Shown one piece after another: positions 1-16,875 of a stretch of 64,000 nucleotides of DNA (position 1 is the stretch's first letter; each line of letters opens with the position of its first letter). Both the position numbers and the translations under genes were made by a program. The stretch covers positions 372,001-436,000 of the forward strand of contig JBEWZL010000278.1 in assembly GCA_045837725.1 (NCBI GenBank), in the 5' to 3' direction. A model generated the notes under the pieces. That model was not told the origin of the DNA. It was given only the letters and a program-made list of their open reading frames with translations, and made no database searches. Source of the DNA: Vermamoeba vermiformis. Its lineage: Eukaryota.

Positions 1-2
1 CT

Positions 3-149
3 AAGCGATCAAGAAAGAGACAAAGAAAAGAATTGGGCGAGGTTGAAGACGATCCTGCCGCTCGCAAGAAGCGCAAGTTGAATGAGGAATACAACAGCGA
101 CCTTCTTGACGATAGCGATTTGAGCAGCGACGATGAAGAATCATTCTAA
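3..149 (+). CDS. 3' end of an unidentified gene (basic then acidic tail)
   Basis: Open frame KRSRKRQRKELGEVEDDPAARKKRKLNEEYNSDLLDDSDLSSDDEESF* ending TAA 147-149; truncated by the window edge. Confidence 0.6.
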   Translation, partial: KRSRKRQRKELGEVEDDPAARKKRKLNEEYNSDLLDDSDLSSDDEESF

Positions 150-416
150 TTGCCAACCCCAATCCAGACCAAAAACCCAAAAATAACCCACATCCCCGTT
201 CCGAAACATGACAACAGTTATAATGACTCGTGTCGCACCCATAACTGCGCGAATAACCACCTTGTAAATAGTCTGCCCATCTCTTTGTATTGTAAGCTTA
301 TTTATAAATAGTTGAAATGTCAAATTGCGATTTCAAAGTGCCAAAGTTTAATCATGAACAAACGGTTTTATGTACACATATACATCTCAGACCTTTCTAT
401 AATGCCGTTAGATCTG

Positions 417-3384
417 TTATTGAATGACGCACAAGCCTCCTTCTTTGCGAGTGATAGCGATCTCTTGCGGGGCTGGCACGTCAAACTTGACCGGACTGAC
501 GATCAATTTGCTTTCGGGCCAATAAACCTCGTCTTCACGGATAAACTCATGATATATCCGCTGATTATCATCTTCATAACTGCGTAACCAAGCGTTAACA
601 TGAGACAAAGAACGAGCGGATGTGACAAAATCCGATTCTGGTAAATTTGCTTACACAGCTAAGAGCTCTTTAATGGACTGGTGGTGGCGCTTTAGTTTAT
701 CATATTGTTGCTGCATGTCGGGTTCGCATTCTCTTTTCTAAAAATAGAAAAAAAGTTAAAGAAAACAGCGTGTCCCATCCAGACACAAAGAAGGGAAAAC
801 GAAATGTACCCCGAATGTCTCTTCTATATTAAGGATACGGTTGTCTCAAGCACGTCAGTCTTGAGTATCGAACATGCTTTGCGCAAGTAGCCGATGGCAT
901 AACCTGGCTTACTAAAAACAAAAAAATAATTAGATCTTGCCTCGTGGAGCAAGGCCCAAAAGTAATTCCAGCTATATTTAGTAATCCTGTATATTTAACT
1001 CGCGTCGTAGTTTTTACTCACGCGTCCTCATGCATAGATCTGCCCATGTAAGCGTAAGCCAGCGACTCGTAGAGTGTCTTGGTAACTTCCATGTACAGTC
1101 TGAACGAGCTAACTAAAAACTTCTTGTACGGTGCCTGAACAAGATATTGTCGTTAATAATATGACCACTAGTACTAACTTCTTAAAAGGTCGACGAAGAT
1201 CCAGCGGTTAAGAGATTTTGCTGGCGGATCTTGCCCGGACGTTGAATTTGCGCTCACATCGCGAGAAAGTACTCAACTCAACTCCCGACATTTTTTAGTG
1301 GTGTTACGTTTTCAACGACAGGTCAGTGAGGGAAAACTCATCAAGATTTAAAGAGTGTGCGACGCGTGCTTTTTTCGGATCCACGCTTGAAAATTTAAAG
1401 TATTTCTAATTATTGTCGCTTAGGTCATAACAGTGGGGCATATAATAAAGAGCGCTAATCATGACCATATTATTTGCAAGTGGCACTTTGTACCCGTACC
1501 AGCTCATCCACATTTTTTCGGTTAGAATTTCGAGTTAAGGAAAAACTTTTCCCCACGCCGCTAATTAATTTCACTGAACGTATACCCACGCGTTTCGGTA
1601 TACAGACACAAAGGCACGTACCTGTTCTTCGAGGTTTTTCAACAGCACGAGTGACTGGTCCAGCAGATTTGACACGCCAGCGCATAACTTGGCTAGTGTG
1701 CTTGGCTTTGTGGTTCTTCTTATGGCACGCTTGATGACGACTGTTTGGGCCTCGGCGAGTGATATGCTATCAAAGAATACGGATTAGTTTATCGGCAGAC
1801 TTCTCGGACGGTGAATCCGGACACTTGTACACGAGATTTTTTATAACTTTGTTTCATACTTTAGGACAGATGAGATTAAAATCTCACACAACTAATGATG
1901 GGTTAAATTATACTCGGTGCACCCAGTTAAATTTTAAACTTACTCGCAAAGTTACTCGAGATTTTTTTACTTTACGGTAAATTTAGGAAAAATCCGTTAC
2001 TAAAGCACGTTCAAGTTGGAACTAAATTATTGTGCCATATATTCTAAATTTGTGTTGTGCAATACCGTTTTGATATGTGCAACGGGTTTAATTTCGAGAT
2101 TGGCGAAATTTTAGACGGTAATTTTGTACAGCGGTTCACGATCCCGCCGAAACACTAGATACGCCCGATAATCATATATAACGATATGTATTAGATTCTC
2201 CGCGTGGGCTGTAACAAGCGCAATCATGTCTCGCTTCTCCAAATTGCGGTAAAACAAGATTTTCCGGGTCGTAACTACGTGACACGCGCGTGTTTTGTCA
2301 CGATTGTTGCGAGCACCAAACACACCGTTGAAATGAGTTCTAAAGGTCTGAAACTTACTTGGCGAGTATCGTGTACAGTTCTGCAAATATCTCTGGGATT
2401 GGCAGCTCTGCTGGCTTAACGAAGAATTTTGTTGAAACCTGCATCCCACGTTGTTAGTATCTACGCATCATATAGATAACATTATATCATTATATGATAT
2501 TATATCGATAGTAGATTAGAAAGAACACGTACGTTTTGATGAATGTACTGAAACACGCCCGCAGCCGTGGACAGATCTTTGACAATGTCTGTGTAACCGT
2601 CGTCAAATCGGTCCTCCATCAGTAAGTGCAATTTTTCTTTCGCTAGCCGCCTGAACAATATGCCGTATGTCTATAATAGAAAACAGATATTAGTACTGAG
2701 ATTACGTGTCGCGAATAGTAGATCCAAAAACAGATCTGCAACGGTACGTACTGTCAACACCATCGTGATTTCAAAGTACCAGTTCGTACTCGATGCTTGT
2801 GAGGTCAGATAATAACGTCCTAGCGCACTGGACCACGTGATTTCTATGTTAGGAATTTCGTTAATTGGTGTCCCTCAATCAAGTTTGCACAGCGTAATCA
2901 AATACTATGATTTTGCATACAATTATTTTTGTAATAATTTGTACTAATTATTTTGAGGGAATATTCTTACGTAAGTTCTTGGTGAAATCTGAGGGTAGTT
3001 TGTCAGCAGCCTCCATCTGAAACGAAAATACGAAATGATTGGAAAAATGGAGATGAAAAAATATATTGAGCTAACGTACGAGTCCAAATAGGCACGGCAA
3101 GTATTTCTGCACACCCTGCAATAATATTTCGTAAATACGCAAAAAATTAAATTAATCAAATTTTTATTAATTCAATTACCAACCTTAACAGCTGCTTCTG
3201 CAAACGATCTTTCACTAGCTATTACGACTTCATTTCGTGATTCTGAAATTTTTTTGAAAGTGATCGAAGTCTGTTCATCCACATTCTTAAACATCTTATC
3301 GAATTGAATAGTCGCTGTTTGAGGCGTAGTGATGCCATACACGTGCAATGGCGGTGAGGGTAAATCAACTTGTTCTTCTGCCAT
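417..3384 (-). CDS. BROX: BRO1-domain protein, BROX-like, multi-exon, C-terminal CaaX (CVIQ)
   Basis: Spliced exons give QKYLPCLFGL, ITWSSALG..WYFEITMVL, LSTAAGVFQYI, SLAEAQTVVIKRAI, YESLAYAYMG, YEDDNQRIYHE (BRO1 motifs); ends CVIQ*, consistent with the prenylated BROX subfamily. Confidence 0.85.
738..838 (-). other. Probable U12-type (minor spliceosome) GT-AG intron in BROX
   Basis: Donor GTATCCTTA; branch TTTTCTTTAAC about 17 nt before the TAG acceptor; splicing keeps frame (VLETT/KRECEPD), while reading through hits a TAG. Confidence 0.65.
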
Positions 3385-3634
3385 TGTGGTGATTGACTAC
3401 GTGGCGAATTCTTAAAAAAGTCATTTGAAAACAATAAAAGTTTACAACCGGTTCGACTGAGAGACCAATGTGTATTTTATCATATGATACGCCTGATGAG
3501 CATAGAATGATTTGAGATTTGGGAATCGATTCACCGGATCAGTGTTTGCCGCCAAAATGCGTCGGAGAAATTTTTAAATCTTTCGTTGCTAAATATCAAA
3601 TGCACGCGACATAAGCCTATAATTTATATTATAA

Positions 3635-5562
3635 ATGGCATTAGTAGATAATAATACGCAAACAGAATCGACGTGGACAAATTGCTCGGTTGGTAAGATC
3701 AGCGTTTATTTGGAGCTCAAATAGCCATCTAATACCATATAAAATATTACAGATATAATTACTATCGTTGCTGGTTCAGAGGAAGTTGTTTTCAAATGTT
3801 CCAAAGAAGATCTGATCGAGAAATCACGTTACTTTCAAGCGGTAAAATTTTGCACCACTCAAAATAATATTTCCATTATAAATATAAGCCAAATAACGAG
3901 TATTTCGCGTTGAGAATCTGTTTGATTCTACCGGCTAGCGGATCACATCCGTTCGTGTTAATTAACGCTAATGTGCCCTTTTAGATGTTCTCTAACTCGA
4001 TGCGCGAGTCAACACAAAGCGAAGTGCGTTTACCATTCGTAGATCCAGAAATATTCTCCTTATTCATCAAATACTTCGCTGTCGGTCACCTACCACTGAC
4101 TATTTCATCTTTAATCGACGTCTACTTGCAAGCTGATCAGTGGCTCATGCCTGAAGTAATATACCCTATAGTGCCATATGAATAACATCCAATTAACGCT
4201 CAATTAGGTCAAAAGTCAGTGCAAAACTTGCTTGAAGAGTTCAATAGATGTGGACTCGTGCTTCGTATTGCTGCAGGCTATGAATGTAAGACGATCCCTT
4301 ATGCTACGTATTTAATTGATGCTTACCTATTATATGCTCGTAGTCTCCTGTTCTGTTTGAGCTCTCTACCATCTGCGAAGACTGGATCATCGAACATCAC
4401 CACGAAGCATTCGCACACACGCAATTTGGCATTATATCTAAAGTAAGTATATTATTGTTACGATCGCACTTGTGTGACTTATCATTGGACCATTAGGAAC
4501 TGTTGGCCAATCTGCTACGCCGCAGATCCACTCTCACTGAAGTTGACAAGCTGAATGCAGTGCTAAGCTGGTGGAACAAACAAATTAATACTGAAGAGAC
4601 TACTATTGTCGACGACTATGCTCGTGTCGATAGCCAGTCACGCAAACGAAAGCGCATCTCGTGCGAAGTCTCAACGTTGCTGAGCGAGCAAGACAAAGAG
4701 AATAGAGGCAACAACATTAACAGTCCTATTGAACGATCGTATTCGTCACCTAAGTTTACGATCAATCGCTCTGAACGACTAGGACCCTCGCCTAAGAAGA
4801 AACAGAAAACGGATCGCGAACAAGGCGAGAGAAAGTAAGGATTAGATAACTATCATTAGTCGTATATTAACTAAGTCTATAGTGATGAACTGCGTCCGTT
4901 GCTCAGTTTGATAAATTTCTCCAAGATGACCGTGGATCAGCTGCTCACTGTGGTCGAGCCCAGCAAAGTCCTCTCGATCGCGGATCTGATGCACTACTTG
5001 AAGATCGCTAATGATCGCGAACAAGTGATGAAGTCTAGAGTCAAGCCACAGTCTGTCGTTGTGTCCATTGAGTTGCCCCGTCATGCGGATAGATCCGCCC
5101 TCACTTCAGTGAAAAGTGGCCCATTCACTCTATACGGACACCAATGGTACCTCCTCGACTTGACGTATCATAGCCACAGTACTAACGTGATTGATTAGGG
5201 AGGTCATCTTGCGCAACTCGATCGCGACACAAGCTGTGCCAGACGAAGGAAGTGAGCGCGAGGCCCGTGAATGTGACGTGTGTCTCGTGTGCCTGTCAGA
5301 GCTGAGTGACGAGGGATTTTACTTCAAAGGCGGTGAGATGGTCGTGCTCAACAGCCGCAAGACGAAGAGTAAGTCGACCGGTGCATTTGAAGGCGCAGTA
5401 TTTACGAAAGACATGCCACTTTGGTTCCGAACCATCGATCGACCACTCGCTGACTTGTTGCGTCCTGAAGCTGGATTCGTGTACGGAACAGATCCCGCGC
5501 ACCTTTCAAAGGGACGGTTAGAAGTGAAGATTAACTTTCCGTTGCGCCACGCCATTATGTAA
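3635..5562 (+). CDS. BTB/POZ-BACK protein with C-terminal MATH-like segment, multi-exon
   Basis: DIITIVAGSEEVVFKCSKEDLIEKSRYFQAMFSNSMRES..VRLPFVDPEIFSLFIKY; BACK-like LTEVDKLNAVLSW and LLSLINFSKMT; SGPFTLYGHQW. Confidence 0.75.
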
Positions 5563-6275
5563 ATAAAATAAATTGTACATACGATACGATTAATCGATTA
5601 GTTGACTCAGAGTTGCAGAATGTAAAGACGATTTTCAGTACGCACAAAAATAAAGCTTGAATTTGGCACTGGTATCGCTTTTTAGGTTCATTCTTTACTG
5701 TACCTGCATGCGTAACAATTCGAATCCAATTTTCACCGGTATTCCATATTTGGTACCAGCACCACAACCGCTGAATTCGACCAATTTTACCCTTCGCGTG
5801 CGATCACTGTCTTAACAATCAGTAAGAATGTTTCGTTTACATAACCCGATAAAAAATGTACTTAGATATACGAAATGCGAAATCTAAAAATAGCAACCTA
5901 CAATTCTACTTTGGTTACTAATCTAATCTGAATTCGTCATGATACCCAACCCGAATTGGTTGAAGATCGTACGACTGATCATCCGTAGTATCCGGATAAC
6001 TCCTTTTCCTAATCGGGACCAAAGCGGAGACCACCCGGGATACGCTCCTTTAAAGTAGGAAGTGGAAAACGAACTGCTACATACTAGTATACATTAGATC
6101 CACTTGCTATTGCCGTACACTTGTCCTTTCTTTTGTTGTACGCGATTCATGAAATCGTAATTCTGTCTTTGAAAAGGAAATATAAAGAGAAGCAGGAAAC
6201 TAAGGTGCACGTTCCTTGTGGTCGAGGTTGATAAGCCTAGAGATATCTCCCCGTTTATCTCGAGTTGTCACATAC

Positions 6276-6283
6276 TATAAAAG
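6276..6283 (+). promoter_or_regulatory. TATA box (CTATAAAAGG)
   Basis: About 108 bp upstream of ATG 6384; the same 10-mer lies upstream of the Arf-like gene on the other strand. Confidence 0.45.
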
Positions 6284-6383
6284 GAAAAGCCGATTTAGTC
6301 GATTCCCAAAACCACACAGTCGGTTAAATCTTTTTTTTGTATTTTGCGCACAATACACCACACCTGCTCAATCAATATCACAG

Positions 6384-7214
6384 ATGGTAAGATACTAGCT
6401 GCAATGTACTGAACCGATCACTAAACAACAATAATTCAGAACGCAAAATTGTCCATCGCTTGCATTTTCGCTCTTTTGGCCGCTTCCGTCTCTGCCTTAA
6501 GTTACGAAGTTCTTACTTCATACTCCGATGCCGCCTGTACCCAGGCCACTGGTGGCTTTAGCGTCAAAGCAACGGTACGTAACTTTTCGGGCGGGAGGCA
6601 GTTAACTGAACCTTTAACGGCAGGATATTTGTAAGGCCGCCTACACCACTTGCACTGAAAATTTCGGTGTGTACTTGCTGTCAAACTGCACAGACATCGA
6701 TCCTATTGAAACCGTACCTGATGGATATAACGTCTTGATCACGTACCCGTCCTCCGATGGTACTTGCACACTCACTACTGGTACTTACACGGGCGCTGAT
6801 GTTGGTACGTAACCGAAAAGAGTTAAAGGAATAACTTTTTAATCGCTTTTTCGTTCAGCTCCTACTGGCGTTTGCTTTGCTGGTTTCCTCGCCTCCTCGG
6901 CATCTAAGTTCAGCTCTTGTGGTGCCAAGGCCAACTACACCCAGTGGATCGATCTTGCTAGCTGCCAAGGGGACGATTCAAAGTTTTCAACAGGCGTCAC
7001 TTCCTACACCTCTGGTTCGTGCACCAAAACAGCTTTCTTTGATATGAAATCCATCTGTGCCTCCGGAACTCCTGTTGCAGCCCCTGCCAACAGCGCTCCT
7101 CAAGCTGGCAATAACGCTCCTCAAGCCGCACAGACTCCCGCCAAGAAATCCAGCTCCTCAAGCATTGCTGTGGGATTGAGTTTGATGGCCTTTGGTTTGG
7201 TTGTGTTGGCCTAA
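6384..7214 (+). CDS. Secreted, probably GPI-anchored Cys/Thr/Ser-rich surface protein (4 exons)
   Basis: ATG-only first exon, then NAKLSIACIFALLAASVSA signal peptide, Cys-spaced body, Pro/Ala linker, SSSSS and terminal hydrophobic IAVGLSLMAFGLVVLA*. Confidence 0.75.
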
Positions 7215-7367
7215 GAAGGGGTACATTATGCCTCGTTCTTTTCGTTCAATAAATTATCTGGCTCATTGCCACTACACCTGTTCGGAGCGTGATTACTACT
7301 CTGGGCCCAGATCATTCGCTTAGGTAGGCAACTTCGTCGTTCTTAGTTCTGCTATATACACGTACGT

Positions 7368-8595
7368 TTATTGAAATAAGCCTTCAAAGAACTTATCAAC
7401 GGTGTCTTCTAACGTCTCTTTTTGCTCGTCATGCGAAATATCAGTGTTCGCATCTGCATCTACTTTTTGCTTCTTTTTACTTCGTCCTTCCTCTTCTGAA
7501 TCTGAACTGTCGCCACTGTCGCGTTTTCTCTTGCGTTTTTCTTTCTCTTCGCGCTTTCGTTTCTTTTTTTCTTCTTTGAGTCGTTTCTTTTCTTTCTTCT
7601 TATCGGCTTTGTAGTTCATCTTTTTGGCACATTCATCGCACAATCGTATCTTCACGAGCGCGTTCTTTTTTTCTCCGGCTTCAACGTATCCAAAGTTAAC
7701 CTGTAACCGGTTAGCAAATGTTTGAACATCCGGATGTCAAACTAAGACTTACTTCGTAGCTCTTCAGTCCGTTGCGCTCGTTGCAAGCTTTATTGCCACA
7801 AATAAACTGGCCCTTGCCTTCAAAAACTTCTTTTTGCGTTCGCCACCGTAATCCAATCTACACGAGATCCGTTAGAATGCCTCTAAGGTAAGATCTAAAG
7901 GAGGGACGTACCTTGCCTTCTTTGTACCTAGAGAAGTCACCAATGCAGTACTCTTTAAATAACTTGTCGTAATATTGCTTAGCCACTCGCTTCTCCCAAA
8001 CACTGTCGTCGTTGTCAGCTACAGTGCGCACGAATCTGTACTCCTCGCGCAGCATGTCCATGTCTGACTTGTACGCTGGCTGTGGCGCCTTCAACGCATC
8101 TGGACCGCCGTAGAATAACACGTAGTCGTCTATAAACTTCTTGTGCCGCTCGTACGCATTGAGCTTTGAAATGCTTCGTGCGTATGTCCTTCGTGCTTCA
8201 CGATCCTTAGCATCATCGTACGACTTTGCGGTATTCTTAGCACTGGGATTTTCTAATGTTATATATTATTAGACTAGCTCGTTGTATGTATGCGCAAAGA
8301 ATAGCGTGTCAAAGAACGAGAATATTCCTTGATTAATTGAAAAATAAAAATAATTATTCAAATTGACTCGCCGTTTAAATTGCCATCAAATAAGAGGTGC
8401 GCATATTGTAATTAAAATAATTATATTTTTTAGGCTGGGTTTAGAGTGCTTGGTAGTCAGTGCACGAGATCCAAGTTGCTTACCTTGAACAGGAGGTTTC
8501 TTTGGCAGTTCTGAATAAAGTTCTGAAGTTTTGTGCGACTGTTCGAGCTCAGTGCCGTAACTGCCCTGCACGTGTGCTCTTGCTTGATCGGACAT
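7368..8595 (-). CDS. FRA10AC1: Folate-sensitive fragile site protein Fra10Ac1 homolog (spliceosome-associated)
   Basis: NAYERHKKFI, WEKRVAKQYYDKLFKEYCIGDFSRYK, GLRWRTQKEV, GKGQFICGNK, VNFGYVEAGEKKNALVKIRLC. Confidence 0.92.
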
Positions 8596-8648
8596 TGTAA
8601 TATTAAACCCAAAACACGAAGCTACTCTATGATACTCTTATGGATTGA

Positions 8649-8866
8649 CCAATAGGCCCCTTATCTTAAGGAGCAAGGACGAACAGATCCGAGCAAGATC
8701 TTGATAATATCGTACAAGATGAGTTGCGGCATCTGGAAAAGGAGTAAATATTTCCAACCAATAGGACGGAAATAAAATTTATTTGTCGTCCACAAAACGT
8801 CGCGCCTTTCGAAAAAAAACGGCGGGCTCAGCTAAGTACGGAAAGAGCGAGCTTGAATTCTATTGG
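8649..8866. promoter_or_regulatory. Divergent promoter with three CCAATAG boxes between FRA10AC1 and beta-tubulin
   Basis: CCAATAGG at 8649 and 8758, reverse CTATTGG at 8860, within a 372-bp head-to-head gap. Confidence 0.4.
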
Positions 8867-8967
8867 TTGATTTTTGGCGGGCTTTTTTGAAACACAACAA
8901 AAAATCTCCCTCCAACTTTAGTTCTTTTCATTCGTGCGTGCAAGCTAATCAACACAACTCAAGCAAA

Positions 8968-10622
8968 ATGAGAGAAATCGTTCATATTCAAGCCGGTCAA
9001 TGCGGTAACCAAGTCGGTGCTAAGTTCTGGGAGACTATCTCTCAAGAACACGGCCTTGATGCTAAGGGCACTTACCAAGGCCAATCCGATCTTCAAAAGG
9101 AGCGCCTCAACGTCTATTACAACGAGGCCTCTGGCAACAAGTACGTCCCCAGAGCCGTCTTGGTCGATTTGGGTGAGTAACCACAAAATTAAAAACAAAA
9201 AAATTCAGATTAACTAATTAATTATAATCACAGAACCCGGTACTCTCGATGCCATTCGTTCTGGCCCTTATGGTGGTCTTTTCCGACCTGATAACTTCAT
9301 TGGTGGTCAATCTGGCGCAGGTAAACACTCACTTCTATTTTCTGGATTTGCCCACAATTGCCCGATCAATTAGGCAGTGCTCACAATGAGCAAGAACAAG
9401 TGATCTTGATTTTTGCAAGTTTTATTACTAATTAGCAAACGGAATTGATGATTTGATCGAGCGGTTTAAATCTCCCGCCCAAAATTTTTCTTTCACTACT
9501 CGAGCTCCCAATCGTTCTGAAAGTATCAGAGTACTAACTAGATGCTATTGTAAAGGTAACAACTGGGCTAAGGGTCACTACACTGAAGGTGCCGAACTTG
9601 TCGACAACGTTTTGGATGTTGTCCGCAAGGAGGCCGAGAACTGCGATTGCTTGCAAGGTTTCCAAATTACTCACTCTTTGGGTGGTGGTACTGGTTCTGG
9701 TATGGGTACTCTCCTCATCTCCAAGATCAGAGAAGACTTCCCCGACAGAATTATGTGCACTTACTCCGTTGTGCCCAGCCCTAAAGTCTCCGACACTGTC
9801 GTCGAACCCTACAACGCCACACTCTCTCTTCACCAATTGGTCGAGAACGCTGACGAAGTCATGTGCATTGACAACGAAGCTCTCTACGACATCTGCCACA
9901 GAACTTTGAAGTTGCCTTCACCTTCTTATGTTGATCTTAACCATCTCGTCTCTCAAGTCATGTCGGGTATCACTGCTTCTCTCCGCTTCCCTGGTCAACT
10001 CAACGCCGATCTCCGCAAGTTGGCTGTTAACTTGATCCCCTTCCCTCGTCTCCACTTCTTCTTGGTTGGTTATGCTCCTTTGACTGCTCGCAACCAAGAG
10101 GGCTTTGCCAACTCCTCTGTTGGTGAGCTCGTCTCTCAAATGTTCGACGCTCGCAACATGATGGCTGCTTGCGATCCTCGTCGCGGCAAGTACTTGACTG
10201 CTTCTGCCGTCTTCCGTGGCAAGATCCCCACTAAGGAGATTGACGAACAAATGACTCAACTTCAACAAAAGAACTCTGCTCACTTCGTCGAGTGGATCCC
10301 CAACAACATCAAGTCTTCAGTCACCGACATTGCTCCTAAGGGTCAAAAGATGGCTGTCACTTTCATTGGCAACAGCACTTCTATCCAATCTTTGTTCAAG
10401 CGTGTCGCCACTCAATTCACTGCTATGTTCAGACGAAAGGCTTTCTTGCATTGGTACACTGGTGAAGGTATGGAAGAGATGGAGTTCTCTGAAGCCGAAT
10501 CCAACATGAACGACTTGATCTCTGAATATCAACAATACGAAGAAGCCACTATTGAGGAAGCCGAAGGTGGTGAAGAGGTTCAAGCCGAAGGTGAAGCTGA
10601 GGTTGAAGCCGATGCCGAATAA
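8968..10622 (+). CDS. TUBB: Beta-tubulin (3 exons)
   Basis: [43 protein letters not shown], acidic tail. Confidence 0.98.
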
Positions 10623-10871
10623 GCACGGATGATCTCATCTCACTTTTTGTTATTTAATTGTGCTATAGTATGTTAATAAATAAGGTGCAAGCACTGTGCT
10701 CCTTTCGATCTAATACGCATGATAGTCTTTTTTTTGTTTCACGAGCGGTTTTTTTTGCATCCTTGTTGAACAAAATTTACCGTTGTGGTTTTAGCTCGGA
10801 AGCAAGATTTATTAACTGTTTAGCTTGTCTGATATTGAGCACAAGCCCCAAAGTTATTAACTCCATAAGAA

Positions 10872-11743
10872 ATGAGCGATAGTAATACCAACAGGAGAGA
10901 TTCTGATAGCAAGACCAAGAAAGGAGATGAACCAAAATCTCGTGATAGTCCTTCGGCGAAACGAAAGGACAAGGAAGACAAGGAAAAGGTATGCAAAATA
11001 TTCGAGTATATTTATGTTATAACTTAAATTGCCGATAAAGTACTCTTTTAAATTTCGGTACTCGAGCCAATCTGAATATTTTTTTTAATTACTAGGACAA
11101 AACTCCTGAAAAAGATGCAGAAAAAAAGAATAACAACAATGACGACGATGAGGATGACGAATTAGAATTATCTGATAGCAGCGAGGGAGAGGACGATAGT
11201 GGCAAAAAACCCAGACGAGACAGCTGGATTTTGAAGCAAAAGAAGGGTCTTGCAAGCCATATGGCGACTTCCTCTGCTGGAAAACAATTATTAAAAAAAT
11301 ATTTGGACAAAGATACTCAGACCTTACTGACAACCGTCAAGAAACTGATCACATCCCTCGATAGCGCAAAGAGGGCGAAACAATTCAACAAAGATATTAT
11401 CAAAATTGCAGTGAAGGTCATTGTGTTATACCAAGACAAGAAAGTCACCGAGGCCAACTTCGAGTCACTCAAATTCAATTTCAGACGAATTTGCTCTGCC
11501 ATCCGAAACAACTGGAGGACGAAAGCTTTTGAAGAGCAAGCCACGTGCGACCGACTAATAGACCAGTTCGAGCAATTCGAAAAGGGCTTGTTGAAGATCA
11601 TCAAATCGTACGTGAGCCAGAACACCATCGATCGCATCCGAAACACGGTTGGCTATGTCGCCAACACAGAGTTCTTACAAAAGGCATCGAGACATGAGGA
11701 CTTTGATAAGGTGGCTTATGTAATGGCTGTCTATTTGGAATAG
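10872..11743 (+). CDS. TNFAIP8/TIPE-family (DUF758) protein, 2 exons
   Basis: KQKKGLASHMATS..KYLDKDTQTLL..AKQFNKDIIKIAVKVIVLY..SYVSQNTIDRIRNTVGYVANTEFL parallels the TIPE helical domain. Confidence 0.75.
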
Positions 11744-12532
11744 ACTTCACACAACCGTTCGGTAGTTGAACGTTTGTTGCTAACTTGGCGTCGTTGTGTA
11801 CATTATTGTAATATCAAAAAGAACAAATATACCGTAACTTATAGTGTAAATACTAATAAAGCATCTACTTATTTTTAAATCGGGTAGTGTGTTGCGTAAC
11901 CACAATAATTGCGCCTCGGATCTAGATCAACCTCGGATTTTTTTGGTGGTTTTGATTTGGAATTCATCCCCGAGTAGAGTATCAGAGGTGATGACCTTCG
12001 TGACTCATCTCTCTTCTATTTGGTTAAGATAGATCTGGAGGGGGTAAGGGAGAAAGTTTGATGGAGTCTTTTGACGCCAATGACCGACTTTCTGGGATTA
12101 CGCCCTCCACAACTATTTTTTAAAAAATAAAAAAATGAATAATTTTGGGTTGGGAAAGGGTTCTGTTAACTATCAATAATTTTTGAGTGTCATCCGAATT
12201 TAATTGCGGTTGTTGCCGGTTATTTTCTCGTATTTAAGCATTAATCGCCTATAAATATTATTTTGCTACCAGATTATTACTAATTTGTTTCCTTATTGCA
12301 TTGTAAGTGGTTTTGCCGATCGCCATAAATAAACTTCATAAATTTTGGGTTGGGAGCCAAATAAAGCGGGTTACCACTAGTTACTTTATTGTCTTGCTTT
12401 AGCGTATCAAAGTCTCTTTGATACAATTGTATATTAATTATATATTTATGTAGACGTACATCTATAGTGGATTAATAGCAATTCAAGTACCGGTTGATAC
12501 TATTATCCCTTTATCCGATATTTAATAAATAA

Positions 12533-16455
<3,923 letters not shown>

Positions 16456-16875
16456 ATCTGCTCGAAAAAAAACGATCATTCTTTTTTGCATTGTAATTTG
16501 TTGTAGTTTAATATTAAAATTGAAAAGTCAACTTTGCGCTAGTATATTGATAAATGTACATTTATTTTACCCGTCGTAGAACGGGCTCATATTCCAAATT
16601 TAGTAAACAATTTCTCTTCGCGTCTAAATTGCAATTTCTAGTAGTACAATTTGCGTTCCAATCGCCAAATATATTAATACAGTGTTATTGATTGAGGTTT
16701 TGTAGTCGCTTATCTGATTTTTCTGCTTCTAGAACCGCAACATCCGCAACTGCATCCACAACTCCTCAACTGATCGGATATTTTGTGATTCCTATTGCCG
16801 ATTCCAAACTCCACCAGCGATAAATAGCAGTTCTTGCAACGAATTTTAGCCATTCAGATCCGCTTTCAAGCCATA

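Noticed and set aside
1490-1550. U12-like branch TTTTTCCTTAAC followed by AC and a possible 21-nt micro-exon in BROX (- strand)
   Set aside because: No matching ATATCC/GTATCC donor upstream; direct splicing 1621 to 1135 already gives an in-frame BRO1 sequence
12141-12355. 15-bp direct repeat AATTTTGGGTTGGGA 200 bp apart
   Set aside because: Only two copies, with no spacer array, terminal structure or target duplication
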